A stretch of 64,000 nt of DNA from assembly GCA_002633005.1 (NCBI GenBank), contig NMRA01000400.1, positions 344,476-408,475 on the forward strand. The letters are read 5' to 3'. This DNA comes from Phoronis australis. Its lineage: Eukaryota; Animalia; Phoronida. Below are positions 29,042 to 37,563 of this stretch, piece after piece. Under the pieces are notes generated by a model. That model ran no database searches and had not been told where the DNA came from. It saw only the letters and a program-made list of their open reading frames with translations. Numbering within the stretch: the stretch's first letter is position 1; the number at the start of each line of letters is the position of its first letter. The position numbers were made by a program, and so were the translations under genes.

Positions 29042-29115
29042 AATAAATATCGACATGATAGTACCAATGAGCGTTTTCCGATTACCAAGTAACATACGTT
29101 CAGTTTTCGCAGTGT

Positions 29116-31071
29116 TTAATGGAGTCCAAAATCCGCGTACTTGAACTCTTTCACGTTACCTGTTTTTTCTTCCAACACGGCGACTTCTCCAGGACCACAA
29201 ATACCAAGACCAGTAGGACGGTTGACGTTATCACTTACAATGACACGCGCGCACTCTAACTGGCCTGACATGATCACAATGATGTTTGCATGTGCTTTAT
29301 CACGGACAGCAACAAGAATATTTCCCCATTCGTCTATACAAATACCGTAAGGACGCCCGCCTAGTTTGTCACTGGTGTTTGTTATGGTTGGCTCTTCGCA
29401 GTCAATCTTATGTACACGATTTTCGAAGTGATCGCCAACTACCAGATGTCCCTCATTGTCAATGGATATGTAACGGGGTTTGAATACGCGCATTTTAAGT
29501 TCCTCTTTACCGATTACCTTTGTTACGTTGCATTCAAAATCAAGAATAAGCACCCGGCTACCTTCAGGATCTGTCACAACAAGCATATCGTCACGACATG
29601 CCATAAAACTCCAATCTTCACTGTAAATATCTTCTTTACTCTTTTTTTGGAGCTGACCTTTGGCGTTGTACTTCAACACACCGTGAATACTGTCATCCGT
29701 AACGAATATTTCACCTTTCTCATTACACTTTACACCTGTTGGAAAAGCAAGAGAGTGCTCAGATTGACTCACTTGAAAGTCGAAATCCCCCGTAGATCTG
29801 CAGAATGCTTTCACCTTTGTTTTACTGGTAGTGATGAACCATTTGCCATAAATAGCCAGTCCACAACAATGGCTAGGCTCCTTTTCTCCTTCGATGAGCG
29901 TTTCGAAGCAACGCGTTTGGGAAGCTGTTTCTCTCATTACTGGAACTCGACTTTGCTTCACATACGATGAGAAACTCTGCAGTTTCTCAAATTTGGCCAT
30001 CACATCCATCGATAAACTGGGCATTTCCAAGTTTTCAGGGTGGAATTTGAATACAGGCGTGATCACCTCACCATCACCTACTTGATTACTCAGCTCCTCG
30101 AGACGAGATTTAATATCTTGAAACTGTAACACTTTTTCCATATCTTGAGCCGAATCAAGAAGATTTTGGATATATCTTAAACTGACTTTGTATGCAGTCT
30201 CTGTATGTTTCGCTTCTTCATATGCTGTTTTAGCTTTCTCTCGGGCAATGTTGACTTTTTCCTGTAAGCTCTTTCTCGCTTGTCTCGCCTTATCATAAAT
30301 TTCCTTCCTTATTTTGTTTTCAAAATCGGTGAACTTCTGTTGCATATCGGAGTCAAGTTGATCTTCCTGTTCGTCAAGACTGTCCAAGACCTTTTTTCGC
30401 TCATCTGACAGCTTTTCAGAATCTTCCGTTATTAGCTTTAGTGGTTCCAATAATATTCTCATGACGACAGCAGCCTTTGCTGCAGCCTTTTCTATGGTGC
30501 TCTTTGTGTGCTGCTCGTGGTTAGCCTTTGGACATAAAGGGCACTGCGGTCTGTTACAGTCTTCACAGGCAACTTCAATCTCTTCTTCCGGATGATCAGG
30601 ACAGTAAACCTTTCGAATTCGACAGATTGCATCGATGTGTCTACTGACATCTTCCAAACTGATTACTTTGTGATTGAATGATGAACTAGTGAAGCGATGG
30701 CTCTTAGCGCATTCCAGACAGAGATACTCACGACAGTCAACACACACGGAAGACCCATAAATTTCAATGCCCTGAAGTTTGCAAATTTCACATTTCACAT
30801 CTGATGAGTCATCAGGGTATATGTTACTAATCATTTCGAGGAACGTGTTGTGTTTGATACTTGCCACGCCATCTTGCGGTACCAAGAAATGAAAGTCGCA
30901 AATTGGACATCGAGCAGAGCCATCCTGCTGATTCGCATTCATATGTCGCCCAAGGCATCTTCCACAGAACGAGTGCAGGCATTTCAACATTCGTGGATTT
31001 TTGAGGCGCTGCTTGCAAATGGGACATTCATGGATTTGATATGAAATTTCTGAGTCTTTGCTATGTGCCAT
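29116..31071 (-). CDS. TRIM E3 ligase: RING, B-box1, B-box2, coiled coil, NHL-like beta-propeller (651 aa, uninterrupted CDS)
   Basis: C3HC4 RING CPIC...CLHSFCGRC...CPIC; B-boxes CEIC...CVDCREYLCLECAKSH and CPDH...CEDCNRPQCPLC..H..H; helical mid-region; NHL-like repeats (FPTGVKCNEKGEIFVTD, PYGICIDEWGNILV). Confidence 0.93.
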   Translation of the reverse strand: MAHSKDSEISYQIHECPICKQRLKNPRMLKCLHSFCGRCLGRHMNANQQDGSARCPICDFHFLVPQDGVASIKHNTFLEMISNIYPDDSSDVKCEICKLQGIEIYGSSVCVDCREYLCLECAKSHRFTSSSFNHKVISLEDVSRHIDAICRIRKVYCPDHPEEEIEVACEDCNRPQCPLCPKANHEQHTKSTIEKAAAKAAVVMRILLEPLKLITEDSEKLSDERKKVLDSLDEQEDQLDSDMQQKFTDFENKIRKEIYDKARQARKSLQEKVNIAREKAKTAYEEAKHTETAYKVSLRYIQNLLDSAQDMEKVLQFQDIKSRLEELSNQVGDGEVITPVFKFHPENLEMPSLSMDVMAKFEKLQSFSSYVKQSRVPVMRETASQTRCFETLIEGEKEPSHCCGLAIYGKWFITTSKTKVKAFCRSTGDFDFQVSQSEHSLAFPTGVKCNEKGEIFVTDDSIHGVLKYNAKGQLQKKSKEDIYSEDWSFMACRDDMLVVTDPEGSRVLILDFECNVTKVIGKEELKMRVFKPRYISIDNEGHLVVGDHFENRVHKIDCEEPTITNTSDKLGGRPYGICIDEWGNILVAVRDKAHANIIVIMSGQLECARVIVSDNVNRPTGLGICGPGEVAVLEEKTGNVKEFKYADFGLH

Positions 31072-31510
31072 ATGTTCTGTAACAATAACGCATCCTCATC
31101 AAAAATGAGCATATCCGAATCATTTATTGACATTGGTGTGTTAACCGCACAGAAATCTAAACCGGCCCCATCCTGGTCATAAACGAAAATGGCGCACCTA
31201 GGGATGCGGTGTATAGATTATTTCAAATTAACTAACTTGTAATCGAGAAATGACATGAAAAAAGGATTTTTTCCATTAGGTCATAAAACTAGCACCAAGT
31301 ATCAAATCTATGCGCAAACAACTTGTGTCTACTGGGAATGTGGTCGTACGAGAGTTTATCGTTTCATGTCCGCATCCTATTTATGGATAGTCGAATATTC
31401 TGATAGTGTCCTATAAGAAACTTTTGGCGCTGACACTGATTTAATTCGTTGAATTTAATGCGTAGTATGTATATTATTTACGTACTAACCAAAATAAAAC
31501 TTCAGATCAG

Positions 31511-31911
31511 GCCCTGGTCTCCAATCTTTTTACTCGAAATGGAATTCGAAATTAAGTTTGGCATTTTCTACTCTACTTTTGGGCGAACTCAAGATAAGTG
31601 TCTATTATTCTATGCTTGAGTACACAATAACTTACGTAGATAATTTATTGCCCTTAGTTCACAGTTTGTAAACCCAATATTAAAGCAATAAGTTCGAGTT
31701 TGAACTCGAAATTTCGAGTTTTTACTCGAGTTTGTAGCACGAATATAACGGTCTTCAAGGGCAAACTTGAACTAGAAACTCCTATGCATAAACTCTAATT
31801 TATTCGAGCACAGTCTGATAACCGATTATCTTAAGTTCGTACAAAAGGAGCAGAGAAATTGCCAAAAATAGTTTCGAGTTCGTTTCGAGTACAAAGATTA
31901 GAGACCGGGCC
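31511..31911. mobile_element. MITE (CAG TSD), copy 2, inverted relative to 6825-7220
   Basis: GCCCTGGTCT...AGACCGGGCC flanked by CAG on both sides; the body matches copy 1. Confidence 0.85.
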
Positions 31912-32251
31912 CAGGTCTACGAAGAACGAACGAGAAACAGTGCCTGACGGGGAAAACAGTGTGTAGCTGATTTCAAGATCAGCCGAATAGACGTCTGAAT
32001 GAACAACCATACATGTAATGTGAAGGAACTTGACCCTCATGACGTTTCACAAATATTGTTTGTTTTCTTTACAATTACCAAATGTTAATTAGCAATCAAA
32101 CATGTGGGTTACTGCACATGCGCACGGGACATCGGGCAAACGTGTCGTGCGCAGTTCAATATAAGAATTGCATTATTCAAAATGGTTCTCTGCCTGTGCA
32201 ATAGAAATAAAACTGTCTCCCACATAGCCACGATATACTCGGGCACAGAAT

Positions 32252-32541
32252 AATTATACAGTTAGACGAACTTACCTTAAGTGAAGGATGACTGTAATTT
32301 TATGTATCCCCAGAATTCCCCCAGAGTGCTAACATGAGATACGGACATGCGCAAAGCGAACCATTCTTTAAAGCTCTTCTGTGATCAAGAGAGTGCTAAC
32401 AGGGTGGGATGTGGAGGGCATGTTAGCACTCTGGGGGAATTCTGGGGATACATAAAATTACAGTCATCCTTCACTTAAGGTAAGTTCGTCTAACTGTATA
32501 ATTTTATTCCTCCCAGAATTCCCCCGAGTACTACCATGAGA
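32252..32541. repeat. DIRS right ITR with extension, plus internal complementary region (ICR)
   Basis: 32252-32336 is the exact reverse complement of 32419-32503 (85 bp); 32501-32541 is the exact reverse complement of 37523-37563; 32333-32366 is the reverse complement of 37496-37529. Confidence 0.95.
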
Positions 32542-32623
32542 CTTGAAAGTTGATCACAGAAAGTGGACAGCAAACAACACCAAATGTTTCAAGTAATTTG
32601 TATTGGTAGATCAACGTATACAA

Positions 32624-33533
32624 TTATTGCAATACAAAGTCTGCCAAGGTTTTAGATTCTCTGTTGATAGGTCTCTTGTAATATTTGCTAAATGTCGAAG
32701 GCCGTGACCAACCACCTGCCTTCATAATCTCCTCAACAGTGGCTCCAGACACACTAGCTTGTTAACAGAAGCTGATCTAACACTACCGGGTTTATATACA
32801 TTGACATTTATACCAGCCTCCGATAAGACGTTTCGGATCCATCGCCGTACAGTTACCAGTATCACCTGTGGCTGCTTTATACGGTCTAGTAACGGTAAGA
32901 AATAGTGCTTTACATGACCCCCGATAGTCTAGAGTACGTTTTAAGTACAGTCAAATAACGATAAATGCACAACCGCTTATCTGACGGAAAAACTTCAGGT
33001 GTAACAGTTCAGGTTTATAATTAAGACGGCCTTGTTTAAGATCCTTGCTTGCAATGGTAAAGGTAAATTTAGAGGCTAAAATGTTCATGGAATCTACGTT
33101 AAGGGCAGAGATGATCTGCGGACGTTGTCCAGTGAGAATCAGTATAAGCATAACAGTCTTCATAGTTAATTTCGCTATTGGTAACAACTTAGCCGGACCC
33201 CATGACTTTAGGAAATCTAACACTACATTCACGTCCCAGGTAGCAACATAACGAGGCCTAGGGGGTTCATATTTGCAACACCCTTCATAAAACGTACATC
33301 TGGATTAGAACCAAAGGTCTCAATGCCTGGTAAAATCTTAACAGAAGAAAGTGCAGAGCGGGCAGTATTAGGACACTGTAGTCCTTATTATGGTTGACAA
33401 GTGTTTGGAGAAAAGAAAGTCCCTCTCCTACAGGTACAAACACTGGAGCAATGTTCCTCTGACTACAATAGAGAATCCACTGTTTGATGTAGCAGCTGTA
33501 GAGGTCTGAAGAGGACTTTCGTCGGGACGCCAT
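32624..33533 (-). pseudogene. DIRS tyrosine recombinase (frameshifted)
   Basis: MASRRKSSSDLYSCYIKQW N-terminal domain; TWDVNVVLDFL, LTGQRPQ (catalytic R), PGSVRSAS, AGGWS, TFSKYY (catalytic Y); stop at 32624-26. Confidence 0.9.
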
Positions 33534-33998
33534 GATGGTGGTGATGACAGATGGGCTGTATCTTTTTGTCTGTAGAGCCTGCCTGACAAGTGCGTCACCA
33601 TCAGGTAGAGTTTGTCCATGGGCCGGGCCTGAGGTCTAGAAGGTAAAACCAAAGTATGATTTGTAGCTGGAACGATAAACGGTGTCCCTATGACCATGGG
33701 AGTCATCATAGTAAACCAGGGCTTTGTTGGCCAGAAGGGCACAATGATAATACCATCAGCCTCGTCCATAATCCTTTTTGGAATGACTGTATTCAAAAAT
33801 CGCGAATGGTGGAAAAGCATAAATCAATTTGTAATTCCCCCAATGACACATATAGCTATCCACCAATGCAGCTTCTGGGTCTGGTTGCCAAGAGCAAAAG
33901 GGTTTCACCTTATAATTAAGTCTTGATGCGAACAAATCAATGGAAGGGGTCCCAAATTTGAGCAAATTATCCGAAAAACATGTGGAAGTAATGTCCAC
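33428..33998 (-). pseudogene. DIRS DNA N6-adenine methyltransferase-like domain (frameshifted)
   Basis: PSIDLFASRLN..., SWQPDPEAALVD, IYAFPPF and IIVPFWPTKPWF motifs typical of the DIRS MT domain, downstream of RNase H. Confidence 0.85.
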
Positions 33999-35582
33999 TC
34001 GGTTCCATGTTTGATAACCCGGGATGCTGTGTCTGCAGCGACATTTTGTTTACCAGGGCAAAAGCCAGCTGACAACCAAATGTTTCTCTCGAGTAACCAG
34101 AGCCAGATTTTCGGGTAACCTTGTTACAGCGATATGAGTGTACAGAGCCCCAATGACGTATACACTGCGTTGTTGTTGTGTTGTCAGTCATGACCCGTAA
34201 ATGAGTATTTCTCATGTCCGCAAATACAGATTGTAAGGAATAATAAACTGCAGTGAGTTCAAGCTCATTAATATGCCAAGTAATTGCAGTGTAATCCCAA
34301 CGCCCACCAAACGTATTATTCCGAGAAGGAATATTGCAACCCCATCCCTGTAAACTAGCATCGGTGTAGAACACACAGTCAGGGTCACCGAGGTACACTG
34401 AAGCAAAGCAGTGAGCAACATTAGTGGTCCACCAAGATAGATCTTGATAAGCAAGTTGACTAAGGGACATGACACTCTCAAAGTTACGACCGGATTGCTG
34501 CAGAGCAACATTCTTGTCGATTTCCAGCTGCTTTGTAAACAGTTGTGCATAGCGATTGCCAGGTTGGGTTGCCAGTAATGTACCCACTAACTTTGCAACA
34601 TCCCCTATAGAGATACAATCCATACATAAAAAATTCATTAAGCAGAGAGATAAGCTTCTCTGCTTTGGAGGGCGGTAAAGTGGCGGTCATTGTTCTCGAG
34701 TTAATATGGAACCCTAAAAAGTCTATTTCGTGAGAAGGTCTCAAAACGCTCTTAGTTTTACTGACTGTGAAACCAAGATCTTGTAGTAATGTTGCTGTCA
34801 GTACCCCATCATTTTCACACTTGCCAGGGTCAGAATTCACAATTAAGGTGTCATCTATGTAGGCCGTTATAGTGACATCATGAACGCGGCGAAGTTCCGC
34901 CAGGGGCATCTTAAGCAACTTAGTGAAGATACGCGGTCCTGAACTTAAACCATTCGGCAAAGCCGTAAATTGGTAAAGCGCGTCATCATGCCTGAATCGC
35001 AAGTATTTCCGGTGATGCCAGCCTCCCGTTCAGTAACGTTAGGACCTCGCTAAAAAGCAAGACTTCGCGAGATTACGTGAGATATTGCCGTGTATTTTAA
35101 AAATGAGAACACATGACTTTGACTAGATTTTTGCCTAGGTCCTAGCGTCTACTGAACGCACGCCTGGCTATTGGGATGCTATAATAAGCGTCAGACAAAT
35201 CTAAGCTGAGAAAGTAACAATCCCGCGTCACTAAGCGAAGTGCCGATTCAAAGGTATCCATTTTGAAATGATGATAAGCAACATAAGAGTTTAAGGTCTT
35301 CAAATTAAGGATAAACCGAAACTCATTTGCAACTTTCTTAGGTCGAAGAAAAACGGGAGACACAAATTGTCCAGGAGAGTGAGGACAGCGTCCAATGACT
35401 TGTTTAGCCAGCATGGATTGAATTTCCCTACGCAGGAATTGTTGCTCAAGGGCGAAAATTTTTGCATTGGTACCTGGTTTTGTTTGAGTAGGAAGCAGGC
35501 CAAATTCAATTTCATAGCCGGTGACAATGGCTAGTATGCGGGGATCCTTAGTAATCTGACGCCACTTAGGGACACACCTCTG
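33967..35582 (-). pseudogene. DIRS reverse transcriptase and RNase H (frameshifted, MITE-interrupted)
   Basis: WRQITKDPRIL..V.GYEIEF, FRFILNLK, LDLSDAYYSIPI, LPNGLSSGPRIFTK, YIDD, FLGF; RNase H YTDASLQGWG, HINELEL, MTDNTT. Confidence 0.93.
35022..35163. mobile_element. 142 bp hairpin MITE-like element, copy 2, inserted in the DIRS RT
   Basis: Matches 14977-15120 in reverse. Removing it and one CWG restores the in-frame SIPIARHHRKYLRF. Confidence 0.88.
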
Positions 35583-36470
35583 GCCAAGGAGGTCTCCGAG
35601 GTCAGAGAGGACCAAGGATATTTTACTTACGGAAGATGAGTCTATTTCCGATTGGCAGTCGGTCTGGTGGCTGTTGCTGGCTTCCCATTTGGCGGACCAA
35701 TCCGAGGAACAAGCGTCGCCAGTATCGGACGCTGTTGCGTCCCTTGTCAACTCCCTATGGGAGCGGGGTAAGGCTTTCGATATAAAGCAGGCACATGATA
35801 ACCATCCCCGGTCCGACAACATTACAGTCCACAAGACGGACTTGAATGAGGAAATTGCGGACGTGGTGCAGAACCACAAAACTGTGAAATTCAAAGAGGG
35901 CCAGTTGAAGTCTGCACAGTCGGCAATAGCCAGGGCGGCCATTCCCTTGAGTAAATTGGTTGACACCCTTATCACCACAGCTCCCAAACATCTAAACGCC
36001 AAGGACTTGGTGGACAACACTGTAGACGCGCTAGGTCTCCTGGGGTATGCTAACGCAAAGATCAACTCCACTAGACGGACATTATCAAGCCCCATCTCAA
36101 CTCAAAGTACCATTCGGCACTCAACATGGCCAGTACCTCAGACAAGCTCCTGTTTGGAGACCAGTTGGGAGAGAAGTGCAAGCAGGCCCTAATCTCGCCC
36201 GGACTCCCATGACTGCGAGACACTCGACACGCCGGCCGTCGCCCTACCCTGCCTCCTACAGACGGGCCTATCAGCGCCAGCCGCAACACGGTTATCGCCC
36301 TTTTCTAGGTAAGCATTCCTTTATACTGTCGAATGCACCAAATTTTATGCGGCTGCAGCTCGTAGTGGACATGTTTGTCAATCTGCTACTAATACTCTTG
36401 CATTGTCTCTTGACAGGCCAACAGTACTCTCACAAACGGCAGAGGCGCTCCAGAAAGTGGCAGGTCCGGC
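35583..36470 (+). pseudogene. DIRS gag core/C-terminus, inverted relative to the element
   Basis: + strand reads ...QLKSAQSAIARAAIPL...DALGLLGYANAKINSTRR / IIKPHL...LLFGDQL / PFLG, a DIRS gag-like pattern, while all other DIRS ORFs are on the minus strand. Confidence 0.8.
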
Positions 36471-36991
36471 GAGGCGGAAGCTGTCTCGTCTTCAGAATCG
36501 GAGGGAACGAAGTCTGATACGCTATGAACAGGCGATAACAGCGATATGCCCAAGGCTGCAACAGCAAATGCCGAAAGACCCGAGGGTGGAAACTGATTGG
36601 TGGAAACGAACCACCTCCGCACGTGACCTCACAAGTGCGCCGGGATTGGCTGTAAAAACCTGCGCTGCATAATGTGAATGACAGACGCGTTCCCAGGGAT
36701 TAGAGCGGGCAGCGAGTGCAACTCGAAAAAACCCGGGTGTAACCGGAAAGCGATGGCAACCGACGAACAAAAGAGTGTCAGGATCGCTGGCGTCGACAGT
36801 GCCGAGCACAAAGAGGACACATTCGGTGCAAAGGTCAAAGGCGTGTACAAAGTGGTAAACAATGTACAGCTGTGCGTGGGTATGACGTAACGTGTCAGTG
36901 AGGCACACAAAGAAATACTTGACTGATGAGTCATGCGAGCACCATGTGCGCTGTGCCGAAGGCCCAAATGTGAGTGTTAAATACGCAAAGA

Positions 36992-37341
36992 GTTAAGCGT
37001 ACGAGGATAGAACAACTATCAAACACTCCACATGGTCCGTGTCGGGTCACGGAAGCCCCAAAGCAGGTAGGCCTGAAAATACGATGAGGCCAATAGAGAG
37101 TCGTAATGCTCAACGCCGGTAAAACCGGGCAAGGTGTGGCCCGCCGAGTCACACAGAGTCGGTGAGGTTAAGCGTACGAGGATAGGACAACTATCAAACA
37201 CTCCACATGGTCCGTGTCGGGTCACGGAAACCCCAAAGCAGGTAGGCCTGAAAATACGATGAGGCCAATAGAGAGTCGTAATGCTCTGCGCCGGTAAAAC
37301 CGGGCAAGGTGTGGCCCGCCGAGTCACACAGAGTCGGTGAG
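36992..37341. repeat. Tandem duplication, 2 x 175 bp, in the DIRS 5' region
   Basis: GTTAAGCGTACGAGGATAG...ACAGAGTCGGTGAG at 36992-37166 and 37167-37341 with few mismatches. Confidence 0.93.
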
Positions 37342-37495
37342 CTCGGTCGTCCAAAAACTTCCAAGATGATTATATAGGATAAGAAGAAAATGCTCAGTAG
37401 CAAAGAGTTATGCAATTGAGCGTGGTCGCGGTGTAACTTGCGCGAAAAAACCTTCCAAAGGAAAAACACGTCTTCCTCCAGAAGATAAGTCCGTG

Positions 37496-37563
37496 GAATG
37501 GTTCGCTTTGCGCATGTCCGTATCTCATGGTAGTACTCGGGGGAATTCTGGGAGGAATAAAAT
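37496..37563. repeat. DIRS left ITR
   Basis: Inverted relative to the right ITR (exact over 34 bp, imperfect further out) and complementary to the ICR. Confidence 0.92.

Larger units (their letters stand above)
32252..37563 (-). mobile_element. Full-length DIRS1-like tyrosine recombinase retrotransposon (defective)
   Basis: ITR plus ICR architecture; gag-like, RT, RNase H, MTase-like and YR coding remnants in DIRS order; no TSD, with an AT-rich junction (…GTATAATT/TTATTCC…) reproduced in the ICR. Confidence 0.95.

Noticed and set aside
29141-31044. Plus-strand and alternate-frame ORFs over the TRIM gene (and 24536-24949 over transporter exon 1)
   Set aside because: Shadows of real coding sequence with no independent motifs.
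32252-32503. 85-bp perfect hairpin as a miRNA/ncRNA gene or terminator
   Set aside because: Fully explained by DIRS right-ITR/ICR complementarity.
35142-36095. 317-aa minus-strand ORF as a novel N-terminal extension of RT
   Set aside because: Its first ~170 codons are the antisense of the inverted gag; only the part from ~35582 leftward is real pol.
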